From: Convolutriloba macropyga
Lineage: Eukaryota
Reading direction: 5' to 3'
Assembly (NCBI RefSeq): GCF_964194025.1
Contig: NC_134475.1
Location: 8,370,001 to 8,434,000, forward strand
Length of the DNA stretch: 64,000 bases
Below are positions 39,361 through 52,699 of this stretch, one piece after another. The first letter of the stretch is position 1. The number at the start of each line of letters is the position of its first letter. The position numbers were made by a program, and so were the translations under genes. The notes under the pieces are model-generated. The model was not told the DNA's origin and searched no databases. It saw only the letters and a list, made by a program, of their open reading frames with translations.

Positions 39361-42300
39361 TTAAAAAAGCGGAGACCACTTGTCATCGAGGCCTTATGGG
39401 AAAAACCTAGCTCAAACCCTACTTTAAAGTGGGAAAATTGACAAAAAAAGGCGAAATTGGCTATATTAGCCAAAGAGAACATTATTTTGGACATTTTGCT
39501 TGACCCCAAACCCGAGAATGTTTGACTCCATTTAGAACTGGTTTACGAGAGCACAAAAACTGTACCTTCTGACCAATGGGAACGCCAACGACTCCCTAGA
39601 AATGTACAGTTGTATATGTACTGGGAACATCTATGCCAAAGACAATTAGAAATAGGAATCATGTGTGGTGGCAAACCGTTGAACGAGGCAGAGCGCAAAA
39701 TCGTTTCTATGTTTTACTTTAGTCTAGGCACCGAAGGGAGAAGAATCGTATGCAGCAGAAACCTGCATCTGATGTGGATATATTGTCGACTGTGGAGATC
39801 TGGAAAATCATGGAGGACGCTTTCATTCAACCACGAGATATTACTTTTGACAGGTACAAGCTTCTTACAACAAAACAATCAAAGGAATTGGCAAATTAAA
39901 GGAATCATCTGAAAACTGCGAACTTGTAAACCAAGAAGATACATTAATAAGAGACCTTTCTATTGCCAACATGCAAGATACTGAAATTCAGATGGAGTTA
40001 TTTAGAGAAACTGTCAAACCCGCCCAAGCATTATGTTTGGCCAATAATTTGGAACTTGGTTAGCGGAACGAAAGAAAAAATATCAAATTGTCAACCCGTT
40101 TTCCAAGTAAATACAATAACAACACAACGCCAATTCGGTAATTCAAAAAAACGGCAAAATTTTCCAGCCATCAGCCCGACAAGCAAATCAACAGGGCTGA
40201 AACTGTGGCCTTACTGGGTAAGCAAATCAGAGAGATAAATGCATTGCTAAAGGCAAAACGTGTAACGACTGTGGTCTACAAAACCAGTTTGCTCGTGTGT
40301 GCCGCCAGCCAAAAACTATTACGCCAAAACCATCCTGACTCAATATGAAATCTATTGATGAAACTACAATTGACTCTGTCAATACTATTCAAAATACTCT
40401 CTACAACACAGAATGTGGACCGGATTATGATAGTTCAGATGACAATTTGGTGGCCAGCGTTATAAGTCATACTTTGCAATTTGAGCCACAAAACACGACT
40501 CTACAAATTGGAAACACTAATGTGGGCCTACTCATCGTTTCCGGGAGTGTATATAGCATCCTAAATGAATCACTTGCCACTGAAGTCATTAAATATACTA
40601 CTCTCGCGCAATGGTTGACGAAGGGACCACCCAGAGGATTTAAAACTTTTGCGAATGAACCTGTACCCATCATTGGCATTATGTAGACGCCGGTAGAGAG
40701 TAATTGTTGGCGAATTGAAGATGCTAATTTTGTTGTAGTTAAAGACGGACTAAAACCAATCATTGGTAGAAATCTGTTAGAGGCTCTTGGCAAATCAATT
40801 ACTCTAAGTTTGAACTCCTATGAAGGTAGTATGATCAACAAAATTAATACACAATTTCCTCTTAACGGGCGCATAGCAAATCATTTTCCACAACTCACCA
40901 CACGTAATGGTAGATCAAAAGTACATATTGTAAAGTCCAATTTCATAAACACTTCCAACCAAAACATCAAAATTGTAGAAGAGTACCTATTAATCTGCAA
41001 GATATAGTTAACACTGAAATTAAGATGCCTATTGCCAACTAAATCTTCATCGTGATACTGCTAAACATTGTAATTTTAACATCGTTTGTGGTGACATGAC
41101 AAGCACGCATCCATTCCAAACAGGTTTTTATGAACTTACTGATATGCCCGCCGAGTTCCAAAAAGCCATGGACTATACGCTCATTGGTTTAAAAAACACT
41201 TTCTGTTTCTTGGATGACATTGTTATCATGGGTAAATGTTCTGAAGAAGATCATTTAAAACTTGTAACAAATTGCCTTGAAAAATTAGATGCAGATAATC
41301 TTTGCAATAATTCACGAAAATTTTACACTTCCGAGCATGAAGTGTCATGGTTAGGTTAAAATACCATCAAAACTGGTTTCACGCCAAATTGTATTTAAAA
41401 CTTCTGCAATTTTTTTCACTTCAAACACATACCACACTTAAAAAATAATTTTCTTTTCCTGCTCTGTCCATTATTTTAGGAAAATTTATTCCCAACTTGG
41501 CACAACTTGGCACCCTTTAAGACCTCTTCTACGCAAATCAATTAAATAAACCCGATAAGATGAACGCACTGTACTTTTTAATGCTATCAAGATGCAAATC
41601 GCAAATCATAAAGAAAACACTCATTGAAACCCGCAACTTGAAACCTGCATTAAATGTGATGCCTCCCGTTTTGGCCTTGGGGCAGCATTAGAAACATTAA
41701 CAGTTAATGGCTGGAAGCCAATATCATTTGCCTCTAGATTTTTAAATAGTAATGATGAACGTTACAGTAATAATGAGCTCGATTTATTTGGAGTAATTTG
41801 GTCAATGGAATAATTCCAAAATTATCTTATTGGACAAGAATTTTCATTACAAATCATCAATCGACCTCGACTTTCCATTTTAAAAGAACACAGATCTAAC
41901 AAATGATGCAATAGCCGTTTATCAATATAGTTAGATAGTCTACTACCTCATCAATTCGAAAATTGAAAGGGTGAATGAGCTAAGATGGGTCTCGCAGATT
42001 ACATATCTCGTAAACTTTATCAAACAGCAAACATTATTTTTAATTTTGAGAAGAATTTTTAGTTGCCACCTTATCTCGAATGCAAACAGATGCAAACTTA
42101 TTTCAAAAAACCTATTTCTGCCTTCCATCTTAATAAGTTTTATTTAGCTAACAAACTTGATACTCAAATACACACTACTAAACAACGTAACAATAATGAT
42201 TATGTCTTAAAGATAGATTCTGCAACACAGGAAAATTTATCTCAAAATTTATTGCCCCTCGCCAAGCAAAATACTAGATCGAAATTGGCTTCAATAAAAA

Positions 42301-45192
42301 TTTTAATTTAAGTAGTGATCCTGCACCGCAAGTACACAGTACGTTTTACTCAAACTCAGTTCACAATCTAAAAAATTGCAAAAATGCAAAAATGTAATCT
42401 AAAATTAATCTCTCGTAACCACACTAATTATGATAGTACACATGCATCGCGAGTACGTTTTACTCCAAATCAATCAACACCCGCTCAGCGAAACTCTTCT
42501 TCAATTACACAATCCCAGAATACAAATAGCACATTTAACTCATTTGAATTTCACACTAATTTTATAACCAAATAATCCCTCACTCACTTTGCATAAAACA
42601 AATAGTATCCATTCTATACTACAAATTGATGCTCAAATACAGAAATTTAAGCCGCGAATTACCAATCAAGCGTCTCTTGCTTATCAAAATCCACTACAAT
42701 TCAATGAATTAAAACACTCTAATCTGTCAATCACAACAAAGTCTCACATTCCTTTCTTAATTAACACTAAAAATTCAAATTCTTCAAATATTTCACATGC
42801 TCAAATAAAAAACAAAACAATCGAATTTCGATTTTTGCATAATTTCAATCCCAAATTCAGTCGGTTAATAGTTCCATAAAATCAATCTACACTTTTTGTA
42901 AAATGAGTCAAGTATCTGCAATGAAAAGCAAATACCCATCACGAACAACAACCAGAACTTCACCTCGCGTGTCTTTCACATACAACACAGTTCAAAACAC
43001 GCCCAACCAATCATCTTCTATTTTTAACATTAGTAACCCGCGAATTGACAGTCCTCAGGTTCTGTCGTTTGACAAAGTGGGTGAGAAGCTCTTTAGCAAA
43101 AACCTAATAGCTGCTCACAAGAGTAAAGATGCAGTGCTCAAAGAGTTCCGCGACTGCATCATTCAATCAGAAAAGGAGAGACTCAAACAGCTAAATCAAC
43201 ACCTGCAAAGATATTGGTGTGATCTATATGCCAGTAGCTTCTGTGTATGTATGGACGAGAAGGTGGAGAATCCAAACGCTTTGAAAGAAGAGTTAAAAGA
43301 AGATCTCCACGCTAGTCACCGGGCAGCTGGGGAATGATATGTATGAACCAACACTGTTAGTGACCATACATGAACAGGGATATGTTTCTTCGTGCAATAG
43401 AGTGCAAGCCTTGCACCGCAACTGGAAAAAAACTAAAGTCAAATATACCCGCAAAGCAATATCAACCTCATAAACCATGTATTGTCACCCATCAAAAAAT
43501 GCAGATAGATTTCGCAAGCCCCATTAACAAGGAAAAGGATCAAGAATCGATCAATCTTTTTGCCTCATAGGTTATCAAGTAAAAACCTTTTGCATAAAAA
43601 ATATAAATCTAATTCCAGCTCCAGCAAATGGTCACCGGGTTATCAATTTAGTAGAAATGTTAACAATTTTCATAAAACAACGCTTAGCATGTATGAAAGA
43701 AGCTCATATAGAATTAAATTCGTTCACCATTAAAACAGCACTTGAAACAACACTATACAAGCTCCTCATATGGAAACATAAAACTACTGGGGTTTCGGCT
43801 TTCGAATCCCACTTTGGTTGCCAGGCTAACACTCTGCTTATTAACGTTAGTAAAAAATATTGGCAATATTGGCTAACACTCAATACTCTGATTTTAGTTT
43901 TGAAAGATTTTAAACCATTTCTTAGACAAAAAAATTCCAAACCATATGGACTGCTAACCTAGGTGTATTGGGGCTACTATCGCGGTGACGAGGAGGATGA
44001 ACGGAACACAGTTTTAGTGCGAGGCGAGAGGCACACCCGTGCGAACGGAATGCAGATGATAATGAGCCTCGTTTCGTTCGCTCGACCAAAATAAATAGAG
44101 TCATTCTTCTTAAAGAGCCAGCAGTACAACTCAATAATACCCGCAAACGCCATCCAAACTAGCGGTCCATGAAGAACCTCGAAGGCCTATATGAGGTATT
44201 GACCCCTGGTTCTTTTGTACAAAAGACTGACCAACATACATCGGTGATTCGCGAACCGGGGAAATCAGTCGTCACAGTTCGCAATAGCGATATTGCGAAG
44301 TTCAGTACAAGAGACGAGAGAAAAACAAAACTCACCAAATATATTAATAGGCGCGGACCATGTATCCTGGAAAAGTCAACCTAGGCTTAAATTCTGAGCC
44401 ATACAAAAGAGTTTACGGGAATCCAAAAGAGCGATCGTTAAATGAAGCGGCGCAAACGTGACACAGCTGGTGACATCTCGTCTAATCGCTCAAACATTGC
44501 TCGCGCAATGCGATTAAGGATGCCAAAAATCCCGACCAATTTTGCACCAACTGACACCATTTCAACTTTTGCACCGCAAATGACATCTACAACTGGTTCT
44601 ACTCATCCAGCACAACAGAGTTCACAGATATTAATTGCAGCACCACCTACAAGCCAAACTGCAGAATTGCAATTCTACTTCTGCACCTATAAAGGCCCCT
44701 CAACAGGTTTTGCCGAAAACGTCAAAGCGAACACGTAAACGTAAAAGTCCAAATTATTATGGCTTTGACAATGATGATTCGCCTGGGGAATCGACCAACT
44801 CGTGCCCACCAGATCTTATGCAATTCCAAAGAAAACGCAGACTTGGTGATATTGAGTCGGTACAACATTCAATTGTACAAACTATAGCAACCACCGCAGC
44901 TCAGGTAGAGCCATTTTATAGTCCATATCCCTCGCCGGTCATAGGCAAAGTCTCGCCAACTGATCGCCGTTTTTAACATGCAGATCAGAGTTCTACTGAT
45001 GAGTTATTTATCGACGAAGAAGATAGTCAAAAAAACTTGAACACTTTTAAAACTGGATACGTTATTACTTATGACTAGCTATCATAACCAGTAAATATAA
45101 GGTTTATATTTGTATAACCGGTGAATAAGTACTATTATATATTCCATATTGTTATTAAAAATTTTCAATTAGTGCAATTTTTAGTTTTTGTC

Positions 45193-45205
45193 AGAAGGGG
45201 AGAAA
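45193..45205 (+). promoter_or_regulatory. Polypurine tract
   Basis: agaaggggagaaa immediately before the 3' LTR. Confidence 0.9.
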
Positions 45206-48200
45206 TATTGTACCTAGCCATTTAATCTAGTGCAGTAAAATTCATATATGATGTACTTAATTTTTAATTGTTCTTATTCCTGAAGCTCTTGTAAAAGAAG
45301 TCATGTTATGTTCACCTAATAACCTAAGCCATTTAAAATGTTAGTCTGTAGCCTTCTTCCCGCATTGGAAAACTTATTGATCGCAAGTGTTGTGACCTTT
45401 AGAATCTCTGTTCCACTTATCTTCATTCTTTTTATCTTGCATCTCGTGTTCAGTTGCTAAATTTAACTTACCACTTGAGAGTGGTATTTACTTACCAAGT
45501 AAAGTGAGCAAATGACAGGTATGCAAGTCGCTAAGAGAATTCAATAGTAAAATTGTGTTAAGTGCACTCGCCACACAAGATAGCATAACAGAACATCTGA
45601 CAAAGACTTGAATTGCAAAACAAGTACACAATATTGATTGTGTACGACAGGGGCAACGGCTTGTTTCAAAAATGCACAAATGGTTTTAAATGGGCCACGT
45701 TAACGCACCAAGTATTTACGGGATTAAATCGTACGGTTAACATTGAGGACCTTCTTGACCCGAAGGTTAATTTGTCTTTTTGAAATACAGAGGAATTTTT
45801 CAGCAAATATTTGATAATGATTACTTTATATTTCATTTTGTTTTCATCTTTTTGTATACTTTATATATCACTTTGTATACTTGGTATATTTGATAGCTTT
45901 CACTTTATATATCAATTTGTAGTTATATCACAATTCACTAGGCTGTGGAGTGAGCACTTTGGTTAAGTCATAACCATAAAGAACGAGAAATGACACAATA
46001 CATCGAGAACCTAAATAACTGCAAAAACTATTTTAAGTTCTTCATAATGCGCTTTTTTAAAGATCTGTTTTTTATTAAACACGAACGAGGCAAGCATGCT
46101 TGGTCGGAGAGGTAAGCAAGCAGGGTTTCTCAGATTGTGTTCGGTTCCAAAAGGAATATTTGTTCAGTATGTTTGGTTTTAATCATTAAAAAATGTTCTG
46201 TATCTTTGTTTTTTTAAATTGGGTTTGTTCGGTTTGAAACTTAAGAAATTAGTCAGCTTTTTCATCATATGAGTTCGAGTTTTTGGTTTTTATTGTAGTC
46301 AAATGCAATATTCTTTATCGCAGGAGTTTTAAACGTATTTCAGGGAGACAATGTGATGGAACAGAAGTGTGAACTGACTGAAGTTCTTCTTTAGCTGAAT
46401 TATGAAATTGGTGAGCAAATGTTACCGATTCTAAAAAACCAAACATTTGACTCTTTCTTACGTTTCAAACCCAATATACCGAAACTGAAACCCCAAAAAA
46501 CAACTAACTCTTACGTTTCAAAGCCAAACATACTGACAAAAACCAACGAAAAAGCTTAAGAGCTTTCATCATTTTTTCTAACTGAAAACTAAACATACCG
46601 ACGATATTTCTTACGTTTAAAAAGACAATTTGTAGACTACGTCTTTTATGCCTGGACAATTTGCGGGCAAACAAAATGTTGTACCATAAAATGCGATACA
46701 AAAAATCAAGTTGTTGCTTTTAGAAGACTTCTGCTTTAACTTGCAGCAAAACGTCAAGGTAATTCATAGCTAATACATACCAAACTTACCTTCTTCTTCG
46801 CGTTGTCGCGCGAGAGTTAGGATTTGAAAAGCAAGTGCGATTGTGACACTCAAAAAAATAGAATAATTCTATGGCATAATTGACGATTTGTGTATTTTCA
46901 ATGGATACCAATAAAGGTTGGCCAGTATTTTATCATACTATTATTAATACAATGTTGTCAAGCTTCGCTAATAGTTTACTTATAATTTATTGAGCTTAAA
47001 ATTGCATCAGTATGTAAACGCACCTCTGTCGGCTGCAAATAAAATGCGCCCAATGAACTAGGGGCACAGATAATGGGTGGGGGGACTCAATGGTACAAAA
47101 ACTATTGCTTGGAAAGAAGGCAAAGTTTCCAGTTTTGATTGAATCTATCCAGCTTATTGTAAAAAAACTACAATTTTCGCAAGTTGCAAATTTTTATAAA
47201 ATTATAGGAATCTGTTAATTAGCAGTTCTAACTCCAAGCAAAACCATTTTCAAATAAAAAATGATTGTTAATGATTACCGACTTTGGCATCCTTTTTCAC
47301 GAATTTATTTTTCTCATACTTGTAATACGTGTTCACCCTATTTTTCATTGTTTCACTTTGAGACACTGTAACTAGTGTCAATTTTTCTGTATTTTGTTGG
47401 TTGTGTGATTTTTGTAATCTAATTTTCAAAGTATTTGTCCAAAACAGTAGGAGACATTTGACAGCTTCAACACCCCCGATTCCGCAGGCTATTATTCAAT
47501 ATTGTGCACTTTAAACAAAAATATCATCTCTATTTTCTTGAACATATCAGTTTCTTATTTTATTTTCAGCTTCTTATTGACATCTACGATTACTAGGTTT
47601 TCTTTTTTGTACTCCACAAGAGTTAGCTTTCAAGTTGTGGATTCTATGCTTTATTTCAAAGAATTTGGGAGTCATCTAATTTGAACACATCTTTACACCT
47701 AAATGAACAAGGAGTAATTCCATTCCTGTTTTTCGGCTCTTTAATAAACTCTTGATTCCGTTTTTGGTTAAAATTTTGCACATTGCCCCAATTTTAAAAC
47801 GTTTACTATGGCAAGAGCTTGCAATAATCATTCAAGATTGAATTTTACTGCAATATCTTGCAAAAGATAACATTGTTTTATTTTTGCTCCCTCGGCCAAG
47901 AAGACACTATTTTTCATCACTTGCGGGTGAAAATTTCAAGTTTCCTTTAATTAAAGCTGAGTGGACACCTATAAAAGAAGCAGATAGTCAATGGAGGTTT
48001 CCTTTAGAGGCATCTCCCACTTTTTTATCACAAACCTGAGCCACATCCAGCGCCTTACCATTTCGTCATAAAATAGAATAGAAAAAAATTTGCTTTTTAC
48101 TATCGGTTATATGGACTTCAATTTGTGTGCTTGTGAGCTCAATATATAGATTTTTTATTGGATTTCAATTTTTTCAATTTTTTGTACTTTTTTCTCAAGA

Positions 48201-50869
48201 AACTAATAGGAAACTACAATACCGAATTTCACATAAAATTTAAACTAGTATTGTATAAGGCTATCCCTGATTTTAAAAGATATCGTGAGGAGAAACCCCA
48301 TTGGAGAGCAGCAATTTTGTTTGGATCATCAAATTTAGGAAAAATTTTGCATATCTCGGTAAAATATACAATTTTCTCAAAAAAAGTTAGACCTGAAATT
48401 CACCCAAAACACGTTGATTCGAGACAAAAAAAACTCAAATATCTAATCTGATCTGGTTCCAATATTTTAAACTAAAATGCGTATTATACACAATTTTCTT
48501 TTTTTTCAATTAACTATTATCTATGTTGAAGATAGCTTTACTAATTGCAAAAAGAAGTTCTGGAACAAAGAGATAATATTATATGCAGAAAAACAATTTA
48601 CCTGAAAGCTGAATAGATAATTAGTTCTCATACTTTATGTTTAAGCTGTGTAAGAGAAAATCGGAAGCTATCTAGTGGTTAACGATGACTGAACCTCCAA
48701 CAACTATGGCTGGAGCAACTCAAAAATGACAATGAAAAATGTGTATTTTTTGCCTATTTTTTGCACCAGCAAAAGAATGGGAACTTTAGTTGATACTTAA
48801 TTTCATAAAAACTGCCTACTACTGGTAGTTTAATATTATAAAAGAACTATGTTTTTAATAAACAGTAAAATGCCAATTGTTTTCAGGTCGAAGTACAATC
48901 ATTACCAGTACAAAAAGTTTTTACTATAAGTACTGTAAGATTGTTCACTCATGGCACTTCTGATTCTTTAATAGGATAAATATTACGGCAATAAATATTG
49001 AAGTTAAAACTGCTAATAACAAAATAGATTATTTTTGAATTGGGAAAACAATCAAGTTATCGCAAGTTAATCAACTTACCAAGTTTTCATCCAAATTCTG
49101 TAAGGCTACTGAAAACAACAGGCAGAAATGGTCATTGATAGATTAAATCTAAAGCTCAGATAACAACATAGCCGAATATTTTTACGCAGATTGTTTGATT
49201 ATTATGTAGAAGATGCTATCTTTTTGCTATATCTGACGCGTTTAAGGGACCCTGATCAACTTGATGACAAGTGACGCATCACGACGCATCATAAATCTTT
49301 GCCAAAAATAAACCTATTGAATTATCAGATAATCTTTTTTTGGCTGTTAAAGAAGTTTGCATTGTTATTGTAACTTCTCGGACTGAACGCCAAGTCAATA
49401 TCGGTACTGTGCACAATCTATTTGCAAGTCTTATATCAGCACTGTATCAGAGCTTTGATCATGTCACTTTTTACACTTGTAAAGGCGAGTCTTGCCAGTG
49501 CTTGCAAGTCTAAATGCAAGTCTTGGCAAAGACGTGCAACTCTAAAAATAAGTCTTGACCAAAACTTGGCAAGTCTAATAATGTAAAAAAATTGCCAAAA
49601 ACGTCAAAATAGTCGAAAGAAGAACGTCAAAAATCGCCAAAAAACGTCAAAAAATAGCCGAAAGAAATGGTGGGCACATGGACTGTGAAAGTACGTTTGA
49701 CAACTTTCCTCGGTTGAAAACTGACATTTCAACTTTCTAAAAATTAAAAATCAAAGATTTGAGTAAAATTCGGGCTAAAACGGGCTGAGACGGCTGAAAC
49801 GGCCCATAACATCCTGAAAATGGCCTATTTTGTCCTACTTGGGTACCTTATTGACCTCCATGGGGTCCCCTGGTATCAGTTCGTATCAGTTAGAATAAGT
49901 TTTCAGGAGCCCCGAGAAAGTGGCTGAAAATCAATCTTGAAATTGTGGCACGTTACAAAAATTTTTGAAATTCGAATTTTTTACTCGGAATTATTTGAGA
50001 AGTTGGTTTTGACTTGGGAATCAACTTTAATATATGCCAAGTGCATCAATTGTAATACGTGCAAGTGTAATACATGTCTTGACAAATGCTTTTCAGACTT
50101 GCAGACATGTTTTTAGACGTGCACATTACTGATATATGCATNNNNNNNNNNNNNNNNNNNNNNNNNNNNNNNNNNNNNNNNNNNNNNNNNNNNNNNNNNN
50201 NNNNNNNNNNNNNNNNNNNNNNNNNNNNNNNNNNNNNNNNNNNNNNNNNNNNNNNNNNNNNNNNNNNNNNNNNNNNNNNNNNNNNNNNNNNNNNNNNNNN
50301 NNNNNNNNNNNNNNNNNNNNNNNNNNNNNNNNNNNNNNNNNTCTGTTTTCAAATCATTTGTTGAGTAAATTGTAAACATCGCAATTATGGCTAATTTTAC
50401 ATTTTTATTAAGGATCTCATAAGTCAATAATCAGTGCAGCACTTGTTTTTAAAACGGTCATTTATAGTGAAATCTGTTTTCATTAGTTGTCACCAAAATC
50501 ATGCTATTCATATTTCGTCTCATATTAAGTATTCTCCCAAGGATGTTTAGTTTGCCAGCTTGTGTTTTCCCAATCATATTTAAAAACCAAATAAATTGTT
50601 CTGGTTTGTCAAGATATCATCTTCTGTGTTCTTTTTCAATATCTTCTTTCAAGTTTCTAAGGTTGTTGAGGTTTATTGAGCTGTGTCTTGCATTAAAAAA
50701 TAAATTTGGATAGAACTATTCTTTGTTTTGATTACTTTCTGTTGGAAAAACTGGTGATCCTGATTCAATTTTTTTGTTCTCGGGATTCGGGTCTTTCATA
50801 TCGTTTGGATAAAACAGCTATATTTGAACGCTAAGTTTTGAACTCTGTTTTCTGTCTACCGTTTTTTTG

Positions 50870-51975
50870 GTGTGTTCTCAGAGTTTCAAATGATTTTGCA
50901 ATTTGTAAATTAATTTTTCCACCAAAAAGTCTAAAATTGTTCTCATTCTTTTTCAGCGGCATATAGTTTTTTATATAGTAATTTAGTAATAGGCATATAG
51001 TAATTTTGCAATGACAATTGAACTTATCAAAGGTCTAACCACAATTTGTAGAATCTATCTGCGTGCTAGAGAATTTCAAATGATTTTACAAGTTATAAAT
51101 TTATTTTTCCAGCGGTAGATTGTTTGCAGGTGAAAAAATGTCTGATTTAAGTAGTATAGTGGTCAGTATACATTGACGCTAAATTGTTTTCTGGAAAAAA
51201 AGTTTTCAAGATATCGGAAAAAGTCAAAATTTACCGTCCAATTTAAATAAATTTTAGATAACGCTCTTGAGTTGTTCTCGTTGCGAGATAAACAGCTCTA
51301 TAATAAGTTTTATTGTTGTCTTCCTTTAGTTCCTTTACGCTCATAAGATTTACAGTTAAACGTAATCACTAAAATAAATGTATATTCCTTTATTCATTTT
51401 TCTCTTTTAGTTTTATCGATCAGTTAGAATACAATATTTTGCCAATTTTAAGTCAGTTTTTTTCACGTGAGTTTTTTGGTTCTGATAATCTGCATTCTAT
51501 AAGACTGTACAGTCGAGTTGTCCGAAGGCCTATTTGAGTAGAGTTCTGGTGTGTGCTAAAGAGTTTCAACTGATTTTGCAATTTATAAATTAATTTTTCC
51601 AACAGTAGATTGTTTGCAGGTGCCGAACACTTTCTATAAAAATTTTATGTTTTTTCCGCTACTGAACGAATACGTCTCAGATTGATTTGAGCAGTATAGT
51701 GGTCAGAATATATGACAAGAACGCCTTACTAAAATGTTTAGAATACAATATTTTTGAGGTAAACCTCTGTAATTGTCTCGAATGTTGATGATAAATTGTT
51801 TTCTGGAAACAAAGTTTTCAAAATATCTGAAAATAAACAAAATTTACAGTCGAATTTGAAAAACTTTAAGATAACGCCCTTAAGATGTGTTCTTGTTGCG
51901 AGATAAACAGCTATGTAATAAGTTTTATTGTTATTCTCCTTTAGTTCCTGTACGGTTATAAGAATTTACAGTAAA
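50870..51975. repeat. Diverged local direct duplications (blocks at ~50870, ~51060-51365 and ~51550-51975); 51420-51550 recurs at ~55495-55625
   Basis: Repeated anchors gagtttcaa-tgattttgcaattt-taaattaatttttcc, gtagattgtttgcaggtg, gttgcgagataaacagct, and tgcattctataagactgtacagtcgagttgtccgaa. Confidence 0.8.
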
Positions 51976-52699
51976 ATTCGTCACTTATAGAAATTGTTAG
52001 TTCCATCAGCCTGATTCATCTTTGTGTGGAGGAGGAACTATATACTCAAATGTTTTTTTTTGTTCAGTCAAAATTGGCCGATTGATATATTCAAGGCAGA
52101 GAAAAGTAGGTGGTATCAATAAAAAGCTGGTCCAGCGTAGAATTCAAAACAAAAGATTTTTTCATTGTTTTTCTTTTCGAGGAGTTATCGAGGATTGAAG
52201 TTTTGTGTGGACACGGGATATTTGTTCACTTTTAGTGTGATTGTTCTTCAAATTAAGATATTTTCTATAAAAAGAGTATTTCAAACTTAAATTTCTCGCC
52301 CAAAAGTGAACCAATTTCGTGTTCCTAACAGACTAAAGGCCATAAAAAAGACTAGTTCTAGTCTCACAGGGAGCTTCAATATAAAAAATCGATATCTATA
52401 TGAGAGCTCTTTTTTATAAAAGTTTTCTACTTTTTTTTTGCTTTTATAAGTCGCCTAGAGACAAGTCATTTTTCATATCGAGTATCCGTCAATTACAAAA
52501 TTCCTTTACAGTCAACTGAAGCCAAGTGAAATAAAAAAACTCGTTTTCAAGGAACTGCTCATGTTGTTTTTTAAATTCGACTCTGAGTTTTTGTAATTTT
52601 AAATGAAATTTTAAATTCCTTTTTGAAGTTTTACTAATTTTTTGGAGTCTTATGGTTAGGACTCAGTAACTAACTGCGCAATATATTCCGTAATGAGAC

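Larger units (their letters stand above)
38902..45649 (+). mobile_element. Ty3/gypsy LTR retrotransposon, Mag-like, decayed
   Basis: LTRs 38902-39346 (TG..CA) and 45206-45649 (TA..CA); TSD GGGGC at 38897-38901 and 45650-45654; gag knuckle CIAKGKTCNDCGLQNQFARVC, protease LLIVSGS, RT PAEFQKAMD..FLDDIVI, RNase H CDASRFGLGAAL..FASR, integrase HASH..CKPC..QIDFASP in gypsy order. Confidence 0.95.
34480..46097. mobile_element. Long foldback/palindromic element interrupted by the LTR retrotransposon
   Basis: Left arm 34480-35090 is the diverged reverse complement of 38737-38901 plus 45655-46097 (e.g. ttgcctcgttc/gaacgaggcaa, agcctagtgaa/ttcactaggct, ccaatgtgcgttcaaattagtt/aactaatttgaacgcacattgg); centre lies in a gap. 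Confidence 0.8.

Noticed and set aside
35077-50427. ORFs running through N runs
   Set aside because: Artefacts of translating assembly gaps.
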